From a virus (Duplodnaviria; Caudoviricetes), in IMG/VR virus record IMGVR_UViG_3300032004_000003, positions 3,965 through 67,964 of that record: a DNA stretch of 64,000 nucleotides; one strand, given 5' to 3'. The position numbers and the translations under genes were made by a program. Positions within the stretch are counted from its first letter, which is position 1; each line of letters opens with the position of its first letter. The notes under the pieces are model-generated. The model did no database searches and had not been told where the DNA came from. It saw only the letters and a program-made list of their open reading frames with translations. Below are positions 24,749-33,543 of the stretch, piece after piece.

Positions 24749-26077
24749 TCAGTAGACCCCATGCAAACGGGTTGGGCCGCGCGGGCCAGAACCGACGATC
24801 GAAAATCTCCTGGTTACATAATAGCCCAAGGCGTCCGAAAGATGAGTCAGGCGTGGGTCGGCTTTCTTGTCAATCTCGCCGTCGCTGCCCGCGATGACGC
24901 GCACGCCCTCGAGGTCGCGCACCGTCCAGGGCGCCTTCGTCGGGTCGACCATCAGCCGAACCTCGCCCAGGGCGTTCTTGAGCCGGGCGTTGACGCTGTT
25001 GATCCGCACCCGCTCGGGCGGGTTGGCGGGCGGGATGTCGAGCGCCAGGCGGTCCTTGAAGTGGGCGCCGAGCAGCCGCCGGACGATGTCCCAGTCGCTG
25101 CCGGCGACCTTCGCCGAGCCCGCCGCGCCGCCGGTGGCATCGCCGTAGCACACCACGCGGCCGACGTGATGGCCCCAGTCGGCCAGGATCTTGCGGCAGA
25201 CCCTTTCCGTGTTGCTCGAGCGCTCGATGTGCACCTCGCCGATCACGCCGGTGCCGTCGTGGCCGCTGGGCAGCCGCAGCTCCTGCGCGATCACGGCCGT
25301 GCCTGGATCGACGTTGAAGTCGAGGCACAGGATCAGCGGCGCGCGCGGGTCATGCGACAGCCGGGCGCAGTGGGTCCGTTCCTCGAACGGGTAGTAGATC
25401 CGGCCGGCGAACGACAGGAACGACGCCTCGAACTCCTGCTGGAACGTCAGCTCGTCCATGTCGCGCCGCGCCGCCTCGATCTCGCCTGGCGACAGGATAT
25501 CGGCCGACACCCAGTGGAAGCCGGCCCATTCGCCCGACTCGTCGGCCAGCGCGTACCTAAATAGATCATAGTAATGGTTGCGTCCCTCCGGTGTGCCGAT
25601 CATCCAGCACCAACCGCCGCGGTCGGCCAGCGCCGGGCGGATGTTGGCGGTCCAGGCGGTGGCGCGCATGTTGCCGTATTCGTCCAGGCAGCCGCCGTTC
25701 CAGGACCGGCCCTCGATCCGTTCCGGCTTGTCCATGCCGACGACCCAGATCTCGGCGCCGTTGACCAGGCGGATCATCAGCTCGCTCTCGCGCGGGGTCT
25801 CGGCGAGCGCCCAGGGCGGGATCAAGCGCTTCAGATCCTGCCAATAGATCTGCTTGGCCTGATCGCGGGTCGGGGCGGCGGCGAAGAACCGAGCATCGGG
25901 CCAGCGGTCCTCGAGCAGGGCTTGCCTTACCAGGTTCCTCTTGGCGCGCTCGGTCTTGCCGCTGCGGCGCCCGGCCGGCACGACCCGGAACCGCGCCTTG
26001 CTGGTCACCAGCTTGTGCTGGATCGGGTGCGGCCGCAGCTGGTACCAGCGCGGGGTCAGCGCCTCCTGCAGGTTCAT
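24749..26077 (-). CDS. terL: Terminase large subunit
   Basis: Walker A VPAGRRSGKT; Walker B GCLDEY; IGTPEGRNHYY; nuclease LDFNVDP; YGDATG; HLSDALGY. Confidence 0.95.
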   Translation of the reverse strand: MNLQEALTPRWYQLRPHPIQHKLVTSKARFRVVPAGRRSGKTERAKRNLVRQALLEDRWPDARFFAAAPTRDQAKQIYWQDLKRLIPPWALAETPRESELMIRLVNGAEIWVVGMDKPERIEGRSWNGGCLDEYGNMRATAWTANIRPALADRGGWCWMIGTPEGRNHYYDLFRYALADESGEWAGFHWVSADILSPGEIEAARRDMDELTFQQEFEASFLSFAGRIYYPFEERTHCARLSHDPRAPLILCLDFNVDPGTAVIAQELRLPSGHDGTGVIGEVHIERSSNTERVCRKILADWGHHVGRVVCYGDATGGAAGSAKVAGSDWDIVRRLLGAHFKDRLALDIPPANPPERVRINSVNARLKNALGEVRLMVDPTKAPWTVRDLEGVRVIAGSDGEIDKKADPRLTHLSDALGYYVTRRFSIVGSGPRGPTRLHGVY

Positions 26078-26439
26078 GACCGGGCACCGCCGGCGTAAGC
26101 CCGGACCAGCCCCTCGGCGAGCAGCACCTGCGCGACGTAGCGGCCGTCGGGCAAAAGGATGTCGGCGAGGTAGCGGCCGTAGCGGTCGGTCTCGCGGGTC
26201 TTATGCGTCTGCACGATGACGGTCAGGTCGGGCGGCAAAAGCTGGCCCAGGCGGACCTTGGCCATCTGCGCCGCGAGCCGCGCGGTGGCGTCGGGGCTGT
26301 TGGTCTCGGGCGCGTCGATCCCGAGCAGGCGCACGGTCTGCTCGAGGCTGACGTGGAAGCCAAGCTGGAACAGGGCGCGGATCGTGTCGCCGTCAACGAC
26401 GCGGGCGCAGCGGGCGGCGTAGGTGTAGAGCGTCATCAC
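26074..26439 (-). CDS. Thermonuclease (SNase-like) family protein
   Basis: RVVDGDTI; VRLLGIDAPE; DRYGRYLADI; LLAEGLVRAY. Confidence 0.9.
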   Translation of the reverse strand: MMTLYTYAARCARVVDGDTIRALFQLGFHVSLEQTVRLLGIDAPETNSPDATARLAAQMAKVRLGQLLPPDLTVIVQTHKTRETDRYGRYLADILLPDGRYVAQVLLAEGLVRAYAGGARS

Positions 26440-26939
26440 CCCGCGCCTTCCTCGCGTGCCGCGTCATGCACCAGCTCGGGCTCGGGCGGGGCCAGGTCCT
26501 CGAGCAGCTTGATCGCCCGCGCGGCGTCGCGCAGCCGCTGCGCCAGCAGGTCGGCGGCGCTGCCGGCGCTGTTCGGGTCGGCCGAGGCGGCGGGGATCGG
26601 CTGGGTCTCGCGCCAGCCCATCTGCGTCTTGCTGTACCAGATCGCGGCCGTCATGTTGCCGGCCTTGGCCTGATCGAGGATCGCCTTGCCGACGTTGAGG
26701 TGGGCGTCGGCGCGGCCCTGGCTCAGCTCGAGCCGGAAGTGCTGCTTCAGCGTGGTCTCGCTGATCGGCAGCCCGGAGCCGCGATCGAGGATCAAGAGCG
26801 CGATGTAATGGTCCGCGACGCCGGCGCCGGACGCGGTCATGACCGCCTCGCGCTGCGCCTTCGACGGCTCGAACCGCGGCCGCCCGCGCCCGCGCTTCTT
26901 GGGCGACGGATCGGGCACCTTGGCCCGCGCTCTAGGCAT
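26436..26939 (-). CDS. terS: Terminase small subunit
   Basis: GRPRFEPS; ISETTLKQHFRLEL..GRA; AGNMTAAIWYSKTQMGWRE; upstream of terL. Confidence 0.8.
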   Translation of the reverse strand: MPRARAKVPDPSPKKRGRGRPRFEPSKAQREAVMTASGAGVADHYIALLILDRGSGLPISETTLKQHFRLELSQGRADAHLNVGKAILDQAKAGNMTAAIWYSKTQMGWRETQPIPAASADPNSAGSAADLLAQRLRDAARAIKLLEDLAPPEPELVHDAAREEGAG

Positions 26940-27171
26940 GACGGACCGTGCGGTCCAGGGCAGCGAGGGGGACGCGGGACAGGGCCAGGCTCTCCATGCT
27001 GGGCGGGGTGGCGCGCAAGCTAGACCCCGCGCGTGCGCTTGGCGAGATACCTGCCCCCTCGCGGCCACCCCGGAAGCGGCTGCCCGGCGCCTTGATGGCG
27101 AAAATCTGCTGGATTTGCCCTGACGCGACCCCGGTGAAGCGCTATCGTCCCGCTCAAAGTGGGAGAACACC

Positions 27172-27732
27172 ATGCAGAACCTGTCCCCAGGAGGCTGGGC
27201 CGCGGCCGTCTACGAGCTGACGCCGGACGGCGAGCCCGAGCACATCGTCTGGCACCCGCAACCCGAGCTGGCCGAAGCCGACTACCTGCTGCGCTGCCTG
27301 AGCGTGCGCCGGCCGGGCTGGCTGCGGCTGGTGCCGCACCCGGCCCTGACCCGCGCGGACGGCGCCGGCCTGTGGCCCGGGATGTTCGCGGCCGATGAGC
27401 CCATGAGCCCGAGCCTGGGCGCCCGCGAGGCGCACCCGGGCCGGCGGGCGGGCTGGGCGCCGCTCGATTTGCCGGGGCGCCAGCCGCTGGCCTCCTGGCG
27501 CCAGCCGACCAAGTCGATGCTGGCCGGGCTGCTGGGCGCCATCCAGCTCGAGGCCGAGGCGATCGTCCGCCTGAGCGGGCTCGCGCCGTGGCAGGTGGAG
27601 CGGTTCGAGCTGGGGGTGCTGCCGGACCAGGCCGAGGACGGGGAGCTGCGCCGGATGCTGCTGGCGCGCTGGGGCGGGCACCTCGACGGCAGCCGGCCGA
27701 TCCGGCCGATGGACGCGCTGCGGACGACCTGA
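27172..27732 (+). CDS. Hypothetical protein
   Basis: GGAG RBS; strong codon bias; divergent from terS. Confidence 0.6.
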   Translation: MQNLSPGGWAAAVYELTPDGEPEHIVWHPQPELAEADYLLRCLSVRRPGWLRLVPHPALTRADGAGLWPGMFAADEPMSPSLGAREAHPGRRAGWAPLDLPGRQPLASWRQPTKSMLAGLLGAIQLEAEAIVRLSGLAPWQVERFELGVLPDQAEDGELRRMLLARWGGHLDGSRPIRPMDALRTT

Positions 27733-27861
27733 GCCGGCGCGCCGCGCCGGATCGCGGCGTAGCATGGTGCGCTTCCGGTCGTTCCCGCGTGGCGGCGTTT
27801 CGTCCCGCACGATACAAGAAAAGGGCCAGGCGATGGAGCCCGGCGCTGCGGGAGACGAAAG

Positions 27862-28056
27862 ATGCGCTACCCCGAGAAGATGATGGCGAAGGTGGCGAAG
27901 TGCCCGCGCGACGTGCGCCACGATGGCCGCGACCACGCCTGGACCGGCAAGATCGGCCAGCGGATCAGCGACCCGCGGATTTGGGTGATCGAGCTGGAGG
28001 CCGACGACTGCAGCCGGATCTGGGTCGACGCCGCCGGCCGCATCTACCCCGACTGA
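27862..28056 (+). CDS. Small hypothetical protein
   Basis: Preceded by CGGGAGACGAAAGATG leader. Confidence 0.65.
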   Translation: MRYPEKMMAKVAKCPRDVRHDGRDHAWTGKIGQRISDPRIWVIELEADDCSRIWVDAAGRIYPD

Positions 28057-28146
28057 CACGACCCGGGGCGGCTCAGGTGCGGTCCAGGTGCGGTCACCCG
28101 CACCGCCCCGCACCGGGCCGCCCGCCACCCCTTCGGGAAACGAAAG

Positions 28147-28350
28147 ATGACCATGCCAACCGCCAAGCAGCTGGCCTACCTGCGCGTGCTCCTGACCCAG
28201 GCCGGCTTGGGCGACGAGCGTCACCTGGGCGCCTGGGCCAAACGCTACGGCCTGACCATGCGCGAGCGCCAGGGCCGCCTCGATCAGGCCGACAGCGTCA
28301 CCGTGTCGAAGCTGATCGACGCGCTCAAGGAGAAGGAGCAGGCACGCTGA
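28147..28350 (+). CDS. Small hypothetical protein (PTAKQLAYL..L; SKLIDAL motif)
   Basis: Preceded by CGGGAAACGAAAGATG leader; short helical phage domain. Confidence 0.65.
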   Translation: MTMPTAKQLAYLRVLLTQAGLGDERHLGAWAKRYGLTMRERQGRLDQADSVTVSKLIDALKEKEQAR

Positions 28351-28547
28351 TGACCCGCCACGAGATCGAGACCGCCGTCTTCAACTACCTCGACGGCCAG
28401 GACGTCGGCGACGTCGAGGCCGACCTCGAGGATTTCATGACCAACTCTGTCCTGCCCGCGGCCGGCGATGACGAGGATCTCGACGAGATCGCCGACGAGG
28501 CGAGGGAGATCCTCGAGTGGATCAAGGCAAGGCAGGAGCAGGCCTGA
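28350..28547 (+). CDS. Small highly acidic protein (65 aa)
   Basis: 20 Asp/Glu versus 4 Lys/Arg by hand count; coupled start. Confidence 0.65.
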   Translation: MTRHEIETAVFNYLDGQDVGDVEADLEDFMTNSVLPAAGDDEDLDEIADEAREILEWIKARQEQA

Positions 28548-28741
28548 TGCCCCGCCATGCCCTGGGCGACCGCGCCATGACCTCGACCGAGCGCTCGGCC
28601 CGGCGCCGGCAACGCGCCCTTCGGCTGCGGCTGGCGGTGGCGCAGGTGATCGACGCCTGGACGGCCGGCATCCCGGCGCGCGAGCTTCACCCGCTGATCG
28701 AGGATCTGCAGCACGCGCTGGCGGCCAACAACGATCGCTGA
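28547..28741 (+). CDS. Small hypothetical protein
   Basis: TGATG overlap with the previous gene. Confidence 0.5.
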   Translation: MPRHALGDRAMTSTERSARRRQRALRLRLAVAQVIDAWTAGIPARELHPLIEDLQHALAANNDR

Positions 28742-28799
28742 CCCTCAACCATCAACCGGCACGCGGCAATCCCGCCGCGCTCACTGCGAGGAACAACCG

Positions 28800-29210
28800 A
28801 TGACCACCCTCACACGGTGCATGCCGCTCAATCTAACGCTTGGCATGGCGGCGGGCGCTCTTGCCCTCGGCTACCTGACCGCCGGACCGGCGCCGCGGCC
28901 CGCCCAAGCGGCGGCGAGCGTGCCAACGCCGTCGGCAGCCGAGGCACCGCCCACGATCGTCGACCACATGCACCTGCTAGGCGACTTCCTGCGGACCGCG
29001 GGCGCGATCACCGCCTACGACGTCAACGTCGAGCTGTTCGACGACAGCATCTACGAGGTGACGATCGGCAGCCTTCTGCCCGGCGATGCCCGTCTCACGG
29101 CCGAGCAGATCTGCTCCACGCTGCGTCAGGCCGCTCCCGGCCACGAGCCGTGGCGGCTGGAGGTCTATCTGGCGGTAGGCAACAGGCCGGCCGCGACCTG
29201 CCGGTTCTGA
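28800..29210 (+). CDS. Hypothetical exported/membrane-anchored protein
   Basis: N-terminal hydrophobic segment, Pro/Ala linker, globular C-terminus. Confidence 0.6.
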   Translation: MTTLTRCMPLNLTLGMAAGALALGYLTAGPAPRPAQAAASVPTPSAAEAPPTIVDHMHLLGDFLRTAGAITAYDVNVELFDDSIYEVTIGSLLPGDARLTAEQICSTLRQAAPGHEPWRLEVYLAVGNRPAATCRF

Positions 29211-29338
29211 ACCAGGCTTGCGACCAGGGCCGGAAACGAGAGCGCCCGCGCGGAGCCGCTCATGACCGCGCGGGCGTCCCGTTTGGTTCGGACACCGGCA
29301 TCCTGGACGAGTCGATCCCAGGGCGCAAGCCCGGCTAG

Positions 29339-29665
29339 CTAGCCCGGTCCGGGCGTCATGGCCTCGACCATGTCCTCGAGCATGGCCTCGGTCAGCGCCG
29401 CGACGGCGCCGGGCCGGCGCAGGGCGAGCTGCTGCCGCAGCTCCACGGCCGCGCCGATCGTGCCGGGAAAGTTGGGCACCACGAGCTGACCCGTGTCGGT
29501 CGGCTGGCCCAGCACCAGGCACAGCGCCCGGGCGCGCTGCTGGCTGGCCTCGGCGGCGACCGGGAACACGTCGGAGCGCGGCAGCTTGGCGCCCCGCTCG
29601 GTCACCAGCAGCGCGCCGCAGCGCGCGACCAGGACCAGCCACGCGCCGTCCGGCCAGCCGCTCAT
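29339..29665 (-). CDS. Hypothetical protein
   Basis: ATG 29665 overlaps the upstream stop; codon bias. Confidence 0.5.
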   Translation of the reverse strand: MSGWPDGAWLVLVARCGALLVTERGAKLPRSDVFPVAAEASQQRARALCLVLGQPTDTGQLVVPNFPGTIGAAVELRQQLALRRPGAVAALTEAMLEDMVEAMTPGPG

Positions 29666-29991
29666 GTCGAGGTCTGCGCCACCAGATCCAGCGTGCCGAC
29701 CATCACCCAGGAGAGCAGCACCAGCGCCCATTCCGCGACGTCGTTCGGCGGGGCCGGCCCGACCGGGCAGGCGCTGAGCCACCAGAACGCCGACCAGCCG
29801 GCAGCCAGCCGGCAGCCGAGGGGGCGCACGCTGCGCCACCACAGCCCGAGCGTGCGGGCGCGCAGCCCGCGCGGCACCGGCCCGCGCGCCGGCAGCACCA
29901 CGATCGCGGCCTCGTACGGCGGGTCCGTCGTCGCGGCCGCGTTGCCGGCGGTGCCCGCCGCCGCCGCCGCCTGATCCTGCATGGGCGACAT
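29662..29991 (-). CDS. Hypothetical Trp-rich membrane protein
   Basis: Hydrophobic, Trp-rich C-terminus. Confidence 0.45.
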   Translation of the reverse strand: MSPMQDQAAAAAGTAGNAAATTDPPYEAAIVVLPARGPVPRGLRARTLGLWWRSVRPLGCRLAAGWSAFWWLSACPVGPAPPNDVAEWALVLLSWVMVGTLDLVAQTST

Positions 29992-30146
29992 CCCCGTTGA
30001 TCCTTTCGCGGCTGCGAACGGCATGCTTCCTTGCCGTCCAGGGAGATGGGAACCAAGTCGTCCCATGATGCAATGCAATATGCGGGGATGTCCAGCGCCG
30101 CGGTGTGGAAGTCTGCCGCCACCCAGGCTAGGCAGCTGCGCGCTGC

Positions 30147-31433
30147 CTAGCCCGCGGTGCCCCACAGCCGGCGGTAGGCCTGGGTCGCCGACCAGTCCGG
30201 GCGGCTGGTCATCGAGCAGGCCTCGCGCTCGAAGTAGCACTCGCACGCGACCAGGTGGCTGTGCTCGCGGAAGAAGTCGAACATGGCCTGAACGAAGATG
30301 CCGGCATCGGGGCCCGAGCGGTACGTGGTGCTCTCGGGCGGGTAGGGCGCCCATTCGACAATGGCGATGCCTTTGCGATACTTCTCGGCGACCTCGGCCA
30401 GCAGCTCGAGACCTTCCATGTCGACCGACCCGCTCTTGTCGAGGGCCGGCGTCCAGCAGGCGCGGGGCACCGTGGTGGTGCACCAGGGTTGATTGTCGTG
30501 GCAAGTAATGCCGATCGCGTCCCAAGTTCCGGGTGGCGGCAAGTAGCGATCGAGGCGGACGCCGGCAGGCAGCGCGCAGCGTCCCGGTCGGAAGATGAAC
30601 AAATACGGGCACTGCTTGCCGGCCTGCTTCAAGCAGCCGGCACGGATGTTCTCGACAATCCGCGCCCACGCCGTCGGGAATATTTCGTAGCACCAGCGGC
30701 CGTCCGGCAATTGACCGTGGATGCTATGTTGATACCACGCCCCCGACATTTCATGTCCAATTTCCAGGACCAGCGGTGCCGTCCGGCCCCATTTCTGGTC
30801 CTGGTAGGCGAGCCGCATGCCGAGGCGCCGCCAGACGTCGTCATGCTCGCCCTTGGCGATGCTCTCCCAGGTCCCGGGGTTGCGGCCGTCCTCGTTGCTG
30901 GCCGCCGGGTCGATCGGCACCGGCCGGATGGTGTAGGCGATCGGCAGCGCCCGGGTGGCCGGGTCGCCCCAGAGCACCTGCCCCTGCTTGGAGCCCTTGC
31001 TGAAGGTCAGCACGCCGTCCGTGGTCTCGGGCGAATCGCCGGCGCCGCCGGCCAGCGCGTCCCACGAATGCGCCAGCGGCTCGCTCGACGGGCCGAACAG
31101 CTGCAGCAGGTCGCAGCCGACGCCGTTCCTCGGGCCGGCGACGAACGCCTGCCACGAGGCGGCGTTGCCGCGCCACGCCATCCCTGACCACCACGGCATC
31201 CCGGACGCTCGCCCCCGCCCCCACGGCCCATTCTCCGGCGGCGGCGGCACCGGCTGGGCCAGGGCGTCGGCCAGGGCGGCGGTCTCGACCTTGAGCCGGT
31301 CGATGGCGTGCGCCGCCAGCACCAGGACTTGCGACAGGGAGTTCTGATCGTGCGCCAGCGTGGCCAGCTGGGTGGCGCTGCGGTCGATCCCCTCGGCCAG
31401 GGCGACGGCGCGCGCGAGGATCGGGCCGGTCAC
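30147..31433 (-). CDS. Glycoside hydrolase family 26-like (clan GH-A) protein with N-terminal helical extension
   Basis: IAKGEHDD.WR; LEIGHEMSGAWY (acid/base); AWARIVENIR; DAIGITCHD; KGIAIVEW (nucleophile). Confidence 0.7.
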   Translation of the reverse strand: MTGPILARAVALAEGIDRSATQLATLAHDQNSLSQVLVLAAHAIDRLKVETAALADALAQPVPPPPENGPWGRGRASGMPWWSGMAWRGNAASWQAFVAGPRNGVGCDLLQLFGPSSEPLAHSWDALAGGAGDSPETTDGVLTFSKGSKQGQVLWGDPATRALPIAYTIRPVPIDPAASNEDGRNPGTWESIAKGEHDDVWRRLGMRLAYQDQKWGRTAPLVLEIGHEMSGAWYQHSIHGQLPDGRWCYEIFPTAWARIVENIRAGCLKQAGKQCPYLFIFRPGRCALPAGVRLDRYLPPPGTWDAIGITCHDNQPWCTTTVPRACWTPALDKSGSVDMEGLELLAEVAEKYRKGIAIVEWAPYPPESTTYRSGPDAGIFVQAMFDFFREHSHLVACECYFEREACSMTSRPDWSATQAYRRLWGTAG

Positions 31434-31657
31434 CGGCGGCGCGCCGCGACGGTGGCGCCGGTGGCGCAGGTCGGGCAGACGCGGCGGCCGATGGGGTCGA
31501 GGGACCAGGCGGCCTCCTCGAGCTCCTGCATCAGCGCCTCGAGCACGGTGTAGCAGTCGGGGGCGGAAACGACGATGGCGCGGCTGCAGCCGGCGCAGCT
31601 GGCCCGGGCGACGCATTCGGACGTGGTGGCGGCGGTGGCGGCGGCGGTGGCGGTCAT
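31430..31657 (-). CDS. Small Zn-ribbon protein
   Basis: CAGC ... CPTC. Confidence 0.55.
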   Translation of the reverse strand: MTATAAATAATTSECVARASCAGCSRAIVVSAPDCYTVLEALMQELEEAAWSLDPIGRRVCPTCATGATVAARRR

Positions 31658-32043
31658 GGTGAGGTGATCCCGTGGGCGGCGCGCTGCGCCACGATCCGTC
31701 CGGGCGGCTGCTCGAGCCACTCGACCGGGCTGGCGTGCAGGATCGGGTAGTAGGTTCGGCCGCGGACGCGGGCGACCAGGTAGGCGCTGGTGCTGAGACG
31801 GCGCGCGACCTCGCGGTTGCTGATGCCGGGCTCAGCGGCGAGCAGCTCGGTCACCAGCAGCCGCTTGACCTCGCGGGCCTCGAGGTGGCCGTGGCGGGCG
31901 AGCCAGCTCTGCACGCTGTTCTGCGGCCGACCGAGGAAGGTGGCGATGCGCCGGCAGCCGTGGCCCTGCTCGGCCATGGCGCACATGATCGCGATTTCCT
32001 CGGCGCGGAAGGGGCGGCAGCGGCGGGTCCTCGGTTCGGTCAT
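31654..32043 (-). CDS. Tandem HTH protein
   Basis: GCRRIATFLGRPQNSVQSWL and ISNREVARRLSTSAYLV. Confidence 0.65.
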   Translation of the reverse strand: MTEPRTRRCRPFRAEEIAIMCAMAEQGHGCRRIATFLGRPQNSVQSWLARHGHLEAREVKRLLVTELLAAEPGISNREVARRLSTSAYLVARVRGRTYYPILHASPVEWLEQPPGRIVAQRAAHGITSP

Positions 32044-32699
32044 CGCTCGCGGCACCTCTCGATCCAGGCGATCAGGTCGGCGAGGGCGACCTTGCGCTGC
32101 TCGCCGAGGCGGAACACGGGCAGCTCGCCCGAGGCCAGGAACGCGTCCGCCTCGTCCTCGGCCATGTCGAGGCTGGCCATCAGCTGGTCGCGGCCGACCA
32201 GCCGGGGCACGGCGTCGTTGCTGGCGGCGAGCCTGGGCGGCAGCGGCGGCAGCGGCGGCGGCGCACGGAACGGCACCACGACGGGATCCTGGGGCTCGGC
32301 GGCGGTCGCGGCGCCGAGCGCGGCGACGGCATCGGCCGCGATCTCGGCCGCGGTGCGGCGGTGCCGCTTGGCCTGCCAGCCCTGCTGGATGAAGGCGACG
32401 GCGTCCGCGGTCAGCACCAGCAGCCGGCTGCCCTGCTTGCTGTAGGGCAGGCTGCCGTACCAGCAGCAGGCGCGCCAGATGTTGGCGTGCCTGGTGCGGC
32501 AGGCCCTGGCGATATCGGCCGGGGTCAGGTGCGACGGCAGCGCCTCGCCGGGCTGGAAGATGCGCCGCGGCGGGATCAGCACGCACGCGTGGCGATGGGA
32601 CGCGTCGGCCATGTCCGGCGGCGGCTCCGGGTCGTGGCCGTTGATCGGCGGCGCGGGGGGCTCGAGGTGCTCGAAGAGCGGCTCGTCGTGTTCGGACAT
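32040..32699 (-). CDS. DNA-binding protein with excisionase-like (HTH_17) domains
   Basis: LTPADIARAC...GSLP; ASGELPVFRLGEQRKVALADLIAWI. Confidence 0.6.
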   Translation of the reverse strand: MSEHDEPLFEHLEPPAPPINGHDPEPPPDMADASHRHACVLIPPRRIFQPGEALPSHLTPADIARACRTRHANIWRACCWYGSLPYSKQGSRLLVLTADAVAFIQQGWQAKRHRRTAAEIAADAVAALGAATAAEPQDPVVVPFRAPPPLPPLPPRLAASNDAVPRLVGRDQLMASLDMAEDEADAFLASGELPVFRLGEQRKVALADLIAWIERCRER

Positions 32700-32805
32700 C
32701 AGAGGCGGTCTCCTGGTGAGGGTTGGCCGCCACGACGGGCCGGGCTGTCATGGTCAACGGTGACGGTGTCATGGCTGACGGTGACGACGTCGTGGCGGCC
32801 GGGCA

Positions 32806-33543
32806 TCAAGCGGCTCTCGGGGCGGTGCCGACGATCGCGGCGCCGATCTCGGCCAGGAAGGCGGCACGCTCGTCCTCGGTCGCGGCGTGCCAGTCCCGGC
32901 GCATCCGCTCGACGCGGGTCGGCGTCTTGCGCCAGCCCTTGGCGACGGCGGCGGCGTTGGCGGTCAGCTCGCCGCGTTCCACCTGGGTGGCGAGGTCGGG
33001 GTCGTCACGGCGCAGGCGGGCGAGGGTACGGTCTTTGGTCTCACTCCTCGATAATGCGCGTAATCCCGCGCATTCCTCACCCTTCTTCGGCCTGCCCGCC
33101 TTGGCGCGGAGCTGGATCTCCTCCGCGCCCTGCTCCTGGGTGACCTCGCCCTTCTTGAACCGGGCGTAGGTCTTCTGCAGCTCGGCCCAGGACCCGAGCC
33201 ACGGCTCGACCAGCTCGGCGTACACGGCCTCGAAGCTGCCGAAGGTGCGGACGGTGAGGCCTCTGGCGTCACCGTCGGGCGGCACCACGACCATCGGCCG
33301 CGACCAATCCCGCCGTTGCGCGTCCTCCAGCAGGCGCACGATCTCCGGCCACATCCAGTTTTGAGCGGCGCTGATCCCGACCAGCTGGGCAAGCAGGAAC
33401 TCCTCCTGCTCGGGACGGACGCCCCGGATCGCACCCTTGCCGCGGATGGCGTCGCGCGACCGAGTCGAACGCAAGCTGATCTGTCGTTCCGCCTGCAGCA
33501 GGTCGGATTGGCCTTCGAGGCCGATCTCGTCCTTACGCGACAT
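32806..33543 (-). CDS. Hypothetical phage protein with C-terminal helical DNA-binding-like motif
   Basis: AGRPKK; RTLARLRRDDPDLATQVERGELTANAAAVAKGW. Confidence 0.65.
   Translation of the reverse strand: MSRKDEIGLEGQSDLLQAERQISLRSTRSRDAIRGKGAIRGVRPEQEEFLLAQLVGISAAQNWMWPEIVRLLEDAQRRDWSRPMVVVPPDGDARGLTVRTFGSFEAVYAELVEPWLGSWAELQKTYARFKKGEVTQEQGAEEIQLRAKAGRPKKGEECAGLRALSRSETKDRTLARLRRDDPDLATQVERGELTANAAAVAKGWRKTPTRVERMRRDWHAATEDERAAFLAEIGAAIVGTAPRAA

Noticed and set aside
31620-31657. GCGGTG/GCG short tandem repeat
   Set aside because: Explained by Ala/Thr codons at the start of a small ORF.
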